A stretch of DNA of 64,000 nucleotides from positions 112,154,040-112,218,039 of the forward strand of contig JAUZTB010000064.1 of assembly GCA_034780895.1 (NCBI GenBank). Reading direction: 5' to 3'. The translations under genes and the position numbers were made by a program. The notes under the pieces are model-generated. The model saw only the letters and a program-made list of their open reading frames with translations. It ran no database searches and was not told the origin of the DNA. Of this stretch, positions 50,555-63,135 are shown in pieces (the first letter of the stretch is position 1; the number at the start of each line of letters is the position of its first letter). The stretch is from Rhynchobatus australiae. Lineage: Eukaryota.

Positions 50555-52900
50555 TTAATTAATTTATTTTTTCTGGAACTGGGCAACACTGGCAAGGCAG
50601 CATTCATTGGCTACGCCTAATTGCCTTTGGGAAGGAGATTATGCGCTGCCTTCTTGAACCTTTGCAGTCATATAGAGTCATAGAGTTATACAGCACAGAG
50701 ACAGGCCCTTCAGCCCAACTGGTCCATGCCAGCCAAGATGCCCATCCAGACTAGTCCCATTTGCCAGCATTTGGCCCATAACCTTCCAAATCTTTCCTAT
50801 CCATGTACCTGTCCAACCGCCATTTAAAAGTTGTTATTGTACCTGCCTCAACCATTTCCTTTGGCAGCTTGTTCCATATAGATACCACGCTTTGTGTAAA
50901 ATAGTTACCTCTCAAGTTTCTCTTAAATCTTTCCTCCCTCACCTTAAACCTATGTGCTCCAGTTGATTCCCCAACCCTGGAAAAAAGACTGAGTGCATTC
51001 ACCCTATCAATGCCCCTCATGATTTTATACACCTTTATAAGATCACCCCTCAGTCTCCTGTGCCCTAAGAAATAAAGTCCTATCCTGTCCAAACTCTCCC
51101 TATAACTCAATCCCTCAATTCCTGGCAACATGCTTTTAAAGCTTTTCTGCACTCTTTCCAGTTTGATAACATCTTTCCTATGGCAGGATGACCAAAACTG
51201 AACACAATACTCCAAGTGCGGCCTCAGCAGCATCCTGTACCACGGGACAATGACCTCCCAACTTTTATACTCATTGCCCTGATTTATGAAGGTCAACATG
51301 TCCAAATTCCTTCTTGAGAGTGTACTCCTACTGTGTATTGTGGAATGAATTCCAGGATTTAGACACAGCAATGTCATATTTATATTTCCAAATCAGGATA
51401 GTGTAAAATTTGGAAGTTGACCTGTAGGTAGAGGCATTCCATTATGACTGTTGTCCTTGTTCTTCCCAATGGTAGAAGTTGCAGGTTTGGGAAGTTCTGG
51501 CAGGGTAGCATGGACAAGTAACTGCATCCTGCAGCCACTGTGTGCCAGTGGTGGATGGAGTGAATGATTTGGGAGGCAGATGGCATACAATCAGGTGGGC
51601 TGCTTTGTCCTGGATGGTGTTGAGCTTCCTGAGAGTTGTTCGAGCTGTACTCATCCCAGGGAAGGTGGACGATATTCCATTTACACTCCTAACTTATGCC
51701 ATATAGATGTGGAAAGGACTTAGGGTGTCAGAGAGTCACAGTGTACCAAGCTCCTGACCTGATCTTGTAACCATGGTATTTCTGTGGCTGGTTCAGTTAA
51801 GGTTCTGGTTGATGGTAACCCCCAAGATGTTGATGGTGGGGCATTTGGCAACGCCACTGTTGCCCAGTGCTTGATTTGATCAATTTTCTGACTTTTAATC
51901 CCAGCACTCCTTACCACAGATGCGGTAGGCTGACTATGCTGGATCAGTACTCATTGGTTAGAGGCTGCCCATCTTAGGGTTGGTGGTGAGCAGGTAAGTG
52001 ACCAATAGAATGCCAAAGATTCACTTCATCAATGAAGGTAACCACGGAGCTCTACACAAATTGGTTTGAGCTTATAGTCTGAGACTACATCCTTCTGTGT
52101 TGTACCCCTGCAAGTTGCGATGATGGAGTTATCTCTCCAAATAGTTGGCACCCTTGAGTTGCCCATATCAAAATTCTCCTTTCAGTTTAGCTAGTTAATC
52201 CCAAAGGGAAGACTTAAACTAGAGCATTTGGAGACAATTTGGCTGATGGGGATGAAGGTACAAGGAAGGTTTTTAATTCATGCACCTATTTGGACAAGTA
52301 ACTGCACCCTGCAGCCACTGTGTGCCAGTGGTGGATGGAGTGAATGATTTGAGAGGCAGATGGCATACCAATCAGGTGGGCTGCTTTGTCCTGGATGGTG
52401 TTGAGTTGTTGCCAAACAAAGCTGGAGCTAGTCCACCCTGCAATGACATCTGCCTTTAAGTAACACTTCAGCCTCCACGGATAGAGACAGGTTCCGCACC
52501 CAGGTTGCCCCTTGGCCCATGGCACCATGGATGTTGCTGGGCAATTTCCCGTGAGCCAGTTCACAGCATTGATAGCTACAAGCAGCCTCATCTCATTCCA
52601 TCTGTAGCAGTGGCAGTCCTCCCCTGCTCTGACTTGATATGATTTAATGGTTTTATCATTGACTGGATGTTTTAAAGTCACTGACATGCTGCTTTGGTTG
52701 ATTCTTCCTTTCAGGATCTGGGCTGAAGCAGATATTGAGATGATTAGGTACAATGTATTTGTAACACTGTAGCTGTGTTGCTCATCTTTACTGAACCAAA
52801 TATGAGAGGTTAGTATGTAAATATAATTCCAAACCGTAGTTGAATATGGTAAGCATCTGCCTCCATGATTCACTCCAGTACATGTGGAAAGGAGTCATCA
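50555..52900 (-). mobile_element. Old second-lineage CR1-clade LINE, interrupted by a younger CR1
   Basis: TTLRKLNTIQDKAAHLI and SIHHWHTVAA motifs; 3' tail at 50555-50667 (ggcaaggcagcattcattgg...ccttcttgaacc) resumes after 51310. Confidence 0.65.
50668..51310 (-). mobile_element. Younger CR1 LINE 3' fragment
   Basis: EYKSWEV...YRMLLRPHLEYCVQFWS...LERVQKSF...RRLRGDLIKVYKIMRGIDRV...GYGPNAGKWD; tail agtcatagagttatacagcacagagacaggcccttcagcc. Confidence 0.92.
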
Positions 52901-52960
52901 TTAGATGGGCCACTTTGGACTGTGATCCAGCAATCACACAGCTAACGAGAAATCCACTCC

Positions 52961-53761
52961 CAGGTTCAAGATCTGAACAACATGATAAATCAACCTTTCT
53001 CTTCACCTCCTTACTAATGACTGTGCTTGTTTGTCCTAAGTGGAATCTGTGCTTTTTAAAAGGATCCTTAATCGCTTGCAGGTCTATCATGCATTATGTA
53101 GGAAGTAAGCTCCATGTATTTAAGGACATTTGCAACCCTAATTTTTGTATCTTAAAGGATGAAAATCTTTGCAAAGTTAGAGTTGAGTCCTTGTCATAGA
53201 CTATGCAGTCTCTCATGTGCTTTTCCATCTCCATCCATAGATGCTGCCTGACCTGCTGAGTTCCTCCAGCATCTTGTATGTTGCTCAAGATTACAGCAAA
53301 TGCAGTCCCTTGTGTCTCTCATGTGTTTTTGTAACCACAGTCTGGTTTAGGTCAGTTCTTACTCAATACTAAGCCCCAGGTCCAGAGGGTGGGTACTGGA
53401 CAATGGTTATGTTATTGACTGCCAGTGGGATAAAGCCAGAACTTAGTTTATCTGTAGACTTCCCTAGCTGATGGAAATTTTATCCCTAGCCTATCTCCTA
53501 TGACACTTGGTCTCATATATTTCAATATTAAAAGGCAACCTTCATCTTTGTACTCAGCAAGAGTCACTCCAAGCCTTTCAGCAAATGTCCTTAAATACAT
53601 GGAGCTTACTTCCTACATAATGCATGATAGACCTGCAAGCAATTAAGGATCCTTTTAAAAAAGGCACAGATTCCACTTTATTTAGGACAAACAAGCACAG
53701 TCATTAGTAAGGAGATGAAGAGAAAGGTTGATTTATTATGTTGTTCAGATCTTGAACCCTG
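52961..53761. repeat. Long inverted repeat, arms 52961-53133 and 53581-53761
   Basis: By eye the arms differ by about 3 substitutions and 3 small indels over ~175 bp. Confidence 0.92.
53225..53320 (+). repeat. Penelope-derived tail cassette inside the inverted-repeat spacer
   Basis: ccatagatgctgcctgacctgctgagttcctccagcatcttg...gcagtcccttgtgtctc. Confidence 0.75.
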
Positions 53762-54819
53762 TATGTGACTCATACTGTGTGCTGGGTATTTATACATTGC
53801 CCATTTTGGCAGGACAGGCATTGAGTCAGCATAACATGGGGATTGGAGTGACTACTGCCTCCTCAGCATTTTTCTAGTGAACATGTTATCCATGCAATTC
53901 AACATAGCCAGATTATCAAAGCAAACTAAATGCTGTGATCACCATGTCCTATAAAATTCCACAAAAATCAGAACCGTTGACATCAAAGGAAAACGAATAC
54001 TCTATTACACTTTCCAACAGGATTCTTCAAATGTGTGGCACTTTCACCTTGTGCTAACTGATTGGCCCCTATTTATTCCTAATTGAATATTCTTGCCTTC
54101 ATTAGCTTGTGAATGTGACAGATCCTGGACCTATGGACATCACTGCAGAAACTAAATGCCTGAACCATGACCCCTTTTAATTCCAAATCAGACACAAAAC
54201 TGTTTCAACTGCAGCATATGCTGTTAGTTTACCAACATTTCAAAATTAGAATACATTTAGAAATTATCTCAGGGGGCCTCATTAATTCAGATGTGACATT
54301 GTTTTATAAGGATGGAAGAGTTAAAATGGAAAAACGGAATTATTGTCTCATGGTGAGTCTGCAAACGCAGAGTTACCATTTTAATATATCACCATTGAAT
54401 CGCTTATGGCCTTACCTATGAAATGTTAGTGACATGTTATGCAGAGTAATTAAAATGAAGTCATCACCTCTTGAGTTGTTCTGTTCCAGGAAGGCAAGGT
54501 AAGACAGTGATGAGCAGGGGCTAATGAATGTTTCATATGTGTGACTCCTGCTGCAGAATTTTATTATACTCAAGGCTCCACATCGGCCACATCAGAACCC
54601 ACAGAACTGGAGTGGAAGCAAGCCATCCTTGATTCCAAGGGATTGTCTTAGAGGAAGCATATATTTGAGACAAAAACATTGATGCATGTCACAAAAAGCA
54701 AGGGACCTGGGACTCATCACTGCCAACAGCCTCCCAGTCAATCACTTTTCCCCAAAAACTTTGTTCCTGAGTTACTTCTGGTTTCAACTTACTATTTTCT
54801 TGCTAATATCCCCAGGTAA

Positions 54820-55270
54820 GCTGTGTCAAATGCACTGCCCTCATTAACTCACTTTGTCACCTCCTCAAAACTTTCAATCAAGTTAATCAGTCATGAACTT
54901 CCCTCAACAAATCCATGTTGTCTTTCTGCCATTTCCTCCCATGATCATTTTAAAAGCCTTGGATCCTGTTTATCTTGACCTGGCCACTTTATTCAGTTTA
55001 AAAGATTCCTCTCTCTTCATATTTATTGTAACCAATATTTCACACTCTTCGTCCTTAAGCTCAATCTTTGTATCACACTCATACCCCCAATCTTCCGTGA
55101 AGAGAGGTGCAGACAATTGGTTCAGTATCAGACCCATGTCATCTCCCCCCACAAGCAGTTTTTTGTGGTTATTAATTGGCCCTTTTCCTTCCCTTGTTAT
55201 CCTCTTTCCCTTTATGTTTTCATAAAACCTCTTTGGGTTTTTTTTCCTGATTTTACGCACTACTATTATG
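54820..55270 (-). mobile_element. Decayed CR1 ORF2 fragment
   Basis: KKNPKRFYENIKGKRITREGKGPI...MGLILNQ...FTED. Confidence 0.7.
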
Positions 55271-56239
55271 ACATGCACCCTCTTTGTCTCTCTGTATCTC
55301 TTTCACAGATGTGGCCTGACCTGCTGAGTATTTCCAACACTTTCTGTTTCTATTTCATATTTTTAGCATCTGCAGTCTTTTTTAAAATTTTCACCCAGTT
55401 TGTCTTCCTAGTTTCTTTAATCTTACCATTGCACTCAGGTTCTAGGCTTTCTGCAGTGTTGAGCCCTCAGTATCTGTCAGAAGCTTCCTTTTTTTTTGCC
55501 CTGTCCTGCCCTACCTGCACTGAAACATCTTGGGGGCATTCAGATTTGGAAGTCCCAGCTTTTCACTTATTGGGAATATATCTGGTCTCTTTGCATACCT
55601 CATACTGCTCTGACACTGACTTACCTCCAAGTTTCGATTTCTGGTCCACTTTTGCCAAATGCTTTCTCAAATATAATTTGATCATGACACATGAAACATG
55701 ACAGAAGTGTGTATGTGTTGGATTACAGTACACAGAAAATAGGTATATTCATATTTTCAGCACAAATATTAGGGCTGATCTTATGTTCACACATTACCAA
55801 TATGATTATTTTTCACAGGAATTCAATTGCAGGAAATCACAGTTACACAGTTTATGTTTATTTTCTACTTATTTTAACAGGAAAAAAACTACGTAATATG
55901 TGTCAGTAATTTGTTCATGATATGCTCTTGAATGTCTTGCCCTTTTTTTAAAAAAAATGCCAATAGTTTGCAGCACTTTTCAAATATGTTGGACTTCAAT
56001 TACAATTTCACTATCATCTCCTATTCACCTCTCCATTGTATATACCATACAGAGTGCACAACAACGATAAGGAGAGTTTAAAACGATGATTTCATACCAA
56101 GGTATTCAGGTGATGCCATAAAGGCTAGCAGCTTCAATCTTGTAAAAATAGGAATAAAATAATCTCATACTCATATGATGTTTTGTGCTCCTTAAGGTTG
56201 TTCCATATGTTTCTTAGCCAATGAAGTACTAAAAAAATT

Positions 56240-57395
56240 GGTAAATTGGTTTATTATTGTCACATGTGCCGAGGTACAGTGAAAAACTTGTCTTGCATAG
56301 CGGTCATACAAATCAATTCATTACAACAGTGCATTGAGGTACGAGGTAAAACAATAACAGAATGCAGAATAAAATATTACAGTTACAGAGAAAGTGCAGT
56401 GCAGGCAGACAATAAGGTACAATGTCATAATGAGGTAGATTGTGAGGTCAAGAGTCCATCTTATCATACTAGGAAACTATTCAATAGTCTTATAACAGCA
56501 GGATAGAAGTTGTCCTTGAGCCTGGTGGTATGTGCTTTCAGGCTTTTATATCTTCTGCCCGATGGGAGAGGGGAGAAGAGAGAGTGTCTGGGGTGGGTGG
56601 GATCTTTGATTATGCTGGCCGCTTTATCGAGGCAGCAAAAAGTATAGACAGAATCCAAGGAGTGGAGGCTGGTTTCCATGATGTGCTGAGCTGTGTCCAC
56701 AACTCTCTGCAGTTTCTTGCGTTCCCAGGCAGAGCACTTGCCACAGCAACCCATGATGTATCTGAATAGGATGCTTTCTATGGTGCATCAATAAAAATTG
56801 CTGAAGGTCAAAGGGAACATGCCAAATTTCTTTAGCCTCGTGAGGAAGTTGAGGCCCTAGTGAGCTTCTTTGGCCATGGAATCAATGTGGTTGGACTAGG
56901 ACAGGCTACTGGTGACATTCACTCCTAGGAACTTGAAGCTCTCATATCTGTCGGCCTTGGTACTGTTAATGTAAACAAGAGCAGGTGCACTGTCTCCCTT
57001 TCCTAAAGTCAATGATCGGCTCTTTTGTTTTGCTGACATTGTTGTTGTCATGACACCATGTCACTAAGCTCTCTATCTCCTTCCTGTACTCCGATTCATT
57101 GTTATTTGAGATATGGCCCACTACGGTGGTGTCATCTGCAAACTTGTAGATGTCGTTTGAGCAGAATGTGGCCATGCAGGTGGGCATGTATAGAAAGTAG
57201 AGTAGGGGACTGAGGATACAGCCTTGTGGGGCACCAGTGTTGAAAATCCTGGCGGAAGAGTTTCTACCTATCCATACTGACTGCGGTCTGTTGGTCCGGA
57301 AGTCAAGGATGCAGTTGCAAAGCGAAATATTGAGTCTCAGGTCTTGGAGTCTGGTGATGAGTTTGCTTGGAATTATAGTATTGAAGACAGAGCTG
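56240..57395 (-). mobile_element. 5'-truncated Rex1/Babar-like LINE (RT C-terminal half and 3' UTR)
   Basis: [51 protein letters not shown]...KAASIIKDPTHPRHSLFSPLPSGRRYKSLKAHTTRLKDNFYPAVIRLLN. Confidence 0.9.
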
Positions 57396-58169
57396 TTATT
57401 TCAATTTTGAATTGTATTATCACCATGGAGCAGGATCCAGGCATGACATCCTTTGCAACACTGGGGACAATGCAAGAGATTTCTATTATGTTCCCTCGAC
57501 ATTCTACTGTAAATTCAATGGTAGATCAGCAGAAGTCCAAAGTGTTAACAAAGAACCCCCATGAAAATTGGGAGATTTTAGGATACTTAACTTGCAAAAG
57601 GAAATTTATTCATTGGAGACAGAAGCAAAGGTAATTCTAGAAGTTAGAGGTAAAAATTATAATGAGATACTAGCATATTGAGAAAACAATCTATATTTTT
57701 AAATATGAATTAGATTAATCAGGTTATTTGAGGTGAAATCACAAATAGAAAATTATACTGAGTTTCACAATCTTGAAGAAAAGCGCTCAGTTAAAGTATT
57801 AAAATTGAGACAGCCACGATGAAAAATAATTGATGTTTTGTGCAATATGTTAGATCCTGAAGAGCTGAGATAAGAACAGTGACATCAAGGAAGGCAAGTG
57901 ATCCAGGACGTATAATGGAAGATGCAAAATTGATTAGTAGTCAGAAGTTGTTTGATTTATCATTGGAGAGCAAAGTTTGAAGCTAACCTTGGGAAATTAA
58001 ATGAGTGAAGTAAATCTATGATGATGCCTTGAGCACCTTGCCTCTACCATTACCATTCTTTTTACACCTGAATTTAAATGTTGGGATTACCATCCCTATT
58101 GAAGAAAAGCATTGCAATTATCTCATACCTTTTCAAGTCTTCAGGAAGTCTCAAATAAATTTAAATCCA

Positions 58170-58430
58170 ATTACTTTTGAAGCAAGTCATTGTCATTGTT
58201 TAGGAAAATGATAGCTTTTGAAATTATTGTTTTAAAGAAAGTTTTGGAGCACTGGGATTCGTTAGAGATACGGTGCAGTCTTTTGTGTTCACCTGAACCA
58301 CCAGAATATGAATATGATTTTATATTTCATCTCAAAAAGATGACATTTCTGACAATGCAGCAAATCAGTATTGCAAAGAATTGTCAGATGTGATTATATG
58401 CTCATGTCCTCTGACTCAATGTAAATGTGC
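58170..58430 (-). mobile_element. Degenerate DeuSINE-like SINE
   Basis: tacttttgaagc...cattgtttaggaaaatg and catctcaaaaagatgacatttctgacaatgcagca resemble the reverse of the Deu-SINE body. Confidence 0.45.
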
Positions 58431-59599
58431 TTTCAGATATTTTTATTAAATTGATTATAACTTATACAAATGCTGCAAATACTCCATAGATAAACTGTGA
58501 TATTGGAATTTAATTTATTTTCCAAGTTAAAGGATTATGGTAGATAGTTATCCAATAGGCTGTATTGAAAAGATATCTTGCATAACCATTCATTGGTCTC
58601 TCTTAATATCTATGAATTAATACTGAATAATTATCAGATTTTTGTTCTCAGTGATGCAATTAATTCATAATAAATACTTTTGGGAAGGCAATTTTTACCA
58701 TACAAAGGCCTGCATAACCTAACTATAATATCTGTAATGATTTCATTACTTTGTTGTAACATTTTCTATAAATAAAACTTCTCATTCTCCTCTGTTTCAA
58801 ACTATTCTCAGTTGGAATGAGCGTACCATGAGTGCTGTACAAATTGTACAATGTGAATGCACATTGTTTTGTGTGGTGCCTCTTCAAGGAATATTTTAAT
58901 ATTATCCCAATACCACTAAATGATGTCATAGAATGGTAAAATGATTTGTGTATGTGCAGCCACATGCAAACCAGTATCTTCCAAGTTGCTAGTTCATCCC
59001 TGCTTTATTGTTGCTAAAGGACGTTCACGGTGAGTTAAAGAGCAGATAGGAGNNNNNNNNNNNNNNNNNNATTCAGGTAAACCCCCCGACCATTCTTTTA
59101 GTTCCCCTTACATTTCCAAAAGTAGTTGAACTTAGATTAAATAATGAATAAATGGTGCACAAAGATGCCATCCATATGATTACCAAAAAGTGGAATCAGA
59201 AAAGATGAAAATCAGAAAACCACAGAACAGGTAAATTTCTACCTGTAATTCTACCTGGTAAATTTCTATCTGTAAACACAGAACAGGAGAATTCTGCTGT
59301 AATTCATCTGTAACACAGGCTCAGTTTTCCCCCCTCCATGAACATGGCTCAAACTGCCAGGCTTTTTGGCAGCTCTGTATTTTGCTGCTTTTATGTTCCT
59401 TTGTTTGTGTCCTCTATCTAACTCCCCTCATTTGACAGATTTTATGTTGCATTGTTTGTATTCTCTTTCCCTAGCTGCCCTCTTTAATCTATCAAGCATA
59501 TGACTTATTTTACAACTTACCCCTACATCAACCTTGGCCTCAGCTGGTTGGAGATATCACCTTTGTCCTATCTAACTCTACCCTCTCTACAACTTAAAA

Positions 59600-59722
59600 T
59601 TAACTTGTTTTCTCTCTTTCCCAGTTCTGTCAAAAGATCTTTAACCTGAAATGTTAATTCTGTTTCTCTTTCAACAGCTACTCTTGTCCTGCTGATGTTT
59701 CCAGCAGTTTCCATTTTTATTA
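59600..59722 (+). repeat. Penelope-derived cassette (degenerate)
   Basis: cagttCTGTCAAaagatctttaacctGAAAtGTTaattctgtttctcttt...ctgctgatgtttccagca. Confidence 0.6.
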
Positions 59723-59724
59723 AA

Positions 59725-59950
59725 TTTCTATTGTACTTTCACAACCTCAAGATATCTCCTAACTGCTAATGAACTGGTTCTGAAGTCAGCAAGGCAACAC
59801 AAGAAACTCAGCAGCTGATTTATGCACAAAAAGGACCCACCTCAATAGTAACCAGATAATTTGTTCACTAAGGGTTAAAAAGTGGCCAAGGTGCTTGGAA
59901 ACTCCTCCCGCTCCTCCTTGAAGTGGTACTATGGGATATTTACAACAACT
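59725..59950 (-). mobile_element. Degenerate DeuSINE-like SINE
   Basis: ctttcacaacctcaagatatc...gctaatgaact...cagcagctgatttatgcacaaa...accagataat...tggccaagg...aactcctcccgctcctccttgaagtggtactatgggatattt. Confidence 0.6.
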
Positions 59951-61529
59951 GTGAAACTGCTGGATTTTCATAAAAACATATCTGGTTTTACAATGTCGTT
60001 CAGGGAAGAAAATAAATTGTTTTTTTTACTCTGTGACTCTGACCCTCAGTGAACAACAATGTGATTGCTCTTAATTAAATGGCCTATCAAGCCATTAAAT
60101 TGTATCAAAAGCACCATATAAGAATAAAACCAGACAAACTACTTGACATCTGCCAAGGCTTCAGATTTAGACATGATAACGTTTCGAATAGAACAGAAGA
60201 TGGAATAGCTGGCTGCCAGACAGGGTCTCTGGCAGGTGGTGGGTGAAGTAACATCAGGGATGAATCTACTAGGCACATCCTTACCAAATCTGTTGCAGAT
60301 CCATCTGTCCATGAGAATATTGGTAGGGACAACCACCGTACAGCTCTTCTACAAACAAAGTTTGTTTTCACACAGAGGACACTCTCCACTGTGTTATGTG
60401 GCATTATCATTTTGTTCAGTAGGAATGGTTTAGGTAAGATTTAGGAACTCTAAACTGAAAATCATCTTCAAAGCCGACACGCAGTAACAACATTTAATTC
60501 CTTCGCTATCTATGAGCTCTTGACCCATCATGTCACTCCTTCGGCCCTTAGTATCAAGCTAGGAGGCCAATCCAGCTTCAGTGGGAAGCGTACACGGGCA
60601 TACCAGGAGTAGCACTGGGGGCTATACCTCAAAATGAGGTGCTGACCCTTTGAACCAGCAGCATAGAATTACATGGGCTAAACAGCAAAAGCATACAAAA
60701 GACAGAACTAAGTAATCCCATAGCAAATAAATCAGTTCAAACCCTTGCCAAAACCTGTCATAAATGGCAGTTGACAATTAAACAATTACCAGGAGGATAA
60801 GGCTCCAAAGACATTCCAATCTTCGATGAAGGTGAAGCATTTGCTACCATATTCAGCCAGAAGTATAGACCGTATGATCCTTGACTGGTTTCCTCCAAGC
60901 ATTGCTACCATCACCAATTTGAGTCCAGCCATCAGCCAATTTGATTCAATCTATATACTGTTGGACACAGGTTATGAGGCCAGACAATATCCTGGCTGTG
61001 GCTCTGAAGATGTGCAGTCCACATTNNNNNNNNNNNNNNNNNNNNNNNNNNNNNNNNNNNNNNNNNNNNNNNNNNNNNNNNNNNNNNNNNNNNNNNNNNN
61101 NNNNNNNNNNNNNNNNNNNNNNNNNATTTAAGAAGTTCTTGAATGTGCAGAGAATGCAGGGATGTGGACCTTGTGTAAGCAGAAGGAATCAGTTCAGTTA
61201 GGCATTTAACTACTAGTTTAATTAGTTCAGCATAACATCGTGGGCCAAAGGACCTATTCCTGTGCTGTACTGTTCTATGTTCTATGCTCTATCAATGCAG
61301 ACTCCATTACCATTCAAGCAACACAGAATAACACTTAAGTCATTGTGAGTGACTGGAAGTTCCACAATACCAGGAACAAAGACAAGGTCAGAGAAAAGTG
61401 CACAAATGAGGAAGTCAAACCTGTCAAGAACTGGGGTGGCAATGGACTGAATGTGTATTGTCTGTGAAAAATGTTTGCGTATGATTTCTTCAAGGATGGA
61501 AAGCAGTAAGGTGTTTATGCAGATCAAAA

Positions 61530-61652
61530 ATATTGCAGGTGCTGGAAATCTGAAATAAGAACAGAAAAGGCTGGAAACAATCAGCAAGTCGGGCAGCATT
61601 TATGGAGAGAGAAAAGGAGTTAATGTTTCAGGTCGAAGACCCTTCATCGGAG
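61530..61652 (-). repeat. Penelope-derived cassette with hammerhead-like core, same sense as TRPC3
   Basis: Minus strand reads ctCCGATGAagggtcttcgacctGAAAcATTaactcc...atgctgcccgacttgctga. Confidence 0.7.
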
Positions 61653-62117
61653 GTGTATTTGCATATAGTTATGAAAATCAATCTGGTGGTCAGGGGATGT
61701 GGAGACTTTATACGTTGTAAGCATTCTACGCATTCTGTGTTCCTTGGTGTTGTTAGAGTTAGGATAAACTCTCTTCTTTAAATCCCCTGTGTCCCTCTAA
61801 TTGTATCATTAAATGGAACTTACAATCACTCCAGCAGTATCCAATGTCCATCATAAGAAGAGCGAGCCAGGAAAATAATTTGTAGAGGAAGTGTGAGGTT
61901 TCCAATCATAGAGAGTAGGAGTAGCTCAGTCAAGGTACTGGGACTGGACAGAGAGATTTCAGCAAGGGAAATATTTGCTTTCTTGAGGGCAGAAAGAAAA
62001 GATGTAAAGACTTAAATCTAATTACCAACCTCAGTACATTCTAAAGCACTTTATAACCATGAAGTATTTTGTGAAGGACAGGAAATGAGTAAATTACCAG
62101 CAATATGTTTTAGTGAA

Positions 62118-62470
62118 ATCAGAAGTTGAGTTTATTGTCATATACACAAGTACATGTATGCACAGGTGCAATGAAAAACTTACTTGCAGCAGCATCACAG
62201 GCACATAGCATCATATATGCAGCATTCACAAGAAAAACATAAACTAAACATTAATGATACACAATTTTTATAAGAAAGCACAATTAGAACAAAATGCAAA
62301 GTCCATTTTTGTGCCAAGTGGTCAAAGTGGTCATAGTGTTGCTAAACTGTAGTGATTAGGGTTTTGCCAGTTGGTTCCAGAACTGAAAAGGTGAAGGGAA
62401 GTAGCTGTTCTTGAACCTGGAGGTGTGGATGATAGATGTTGCCTTCTTGAGGCAGTGCCTCCTGTAGATA
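62118..62470 (-). mobile_element. Rex1/Babar-like 3' fragment
   Basis: gagtttattgtcat...gcaatgaaaaacttacttgcagcagcatcacagg...gaagtagctgttcttgaacctgg...ttcttgaggcagtgcctcctgtagat; reverse of the 7030-7485 family. Confidence 0.75.
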
Positions 62471-62739
62471 CTGTTTTATCTATATTTTTCCAGTACAGCT
62501 ACAACACTGGCATCTATCTGAGAATGTGGAAAATTGCCAAATTTGGTCCTCCCACTTAAGAGCAGGTTAAATCCAATCCCAATAATTACTGCCCCATCAG
62601 ATTATTCTCAGTCATCAGCAAAGAGATGGAAGGGATGTTATATCATTATGTTCAATAATGTTAACTTACTCACCAACAACATGCTCAACAATACCTACCG
62701 GGCTTTTGCCAGGACCACTTGGCTCCTCTCACTGATTCC

Positions 62740-63135
62740 CTCCTCCCACTGTTTCCATCTGCCCACTATACCTCACTTATTTGGTTCCTTTTCACCTTCC
62801 TTTCCAATCAGATTCCATAATCTGCAGCCCTTTGTTACATCCACCTATTGCCTCTGGGTCTCGGTCGTTATCTCCACCTCTCCCTCCACCACCTGACTCC
62901 ATCTGCCAATCACCCCCTCCTCACCTGGATCCACCTATTATTTACCAGCTCTTGACCCCTCCTCTCAACTTTCTATATTGGCTATCTTCCTTTGATTCTT
63001 TCAGTGCAGATGAAGAGGCTCAACCTCAAATGTTGACTGTGTATTTCCCTCCACAGATGCTGCCTGACCTGCTGAGTTCTTGCAGGAGCCTCTTTTTTCA
63101 CTCCAGATTCCAGCATCTGCATCTCTTGTGTCTTC
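62740..63135 (+). mobile_element. Longer Penelope 3' region ending in the hammerhead-like cassette
   Basis: Pyrimidine-rich tctgcagccctttg...cacctggatccacctat, then cagtgCAGATGAagaggctcaacctCAAAtGTTgactg and cagatgctgcctgacctgctgagttc. Confidence 0.7.

Noticed and set aside
59222-59320. Degenerate micro-duplications (cacagaacagg, aatttctacctg)
   Set aside because: Ordinary slippage-type low-complexity repeat.
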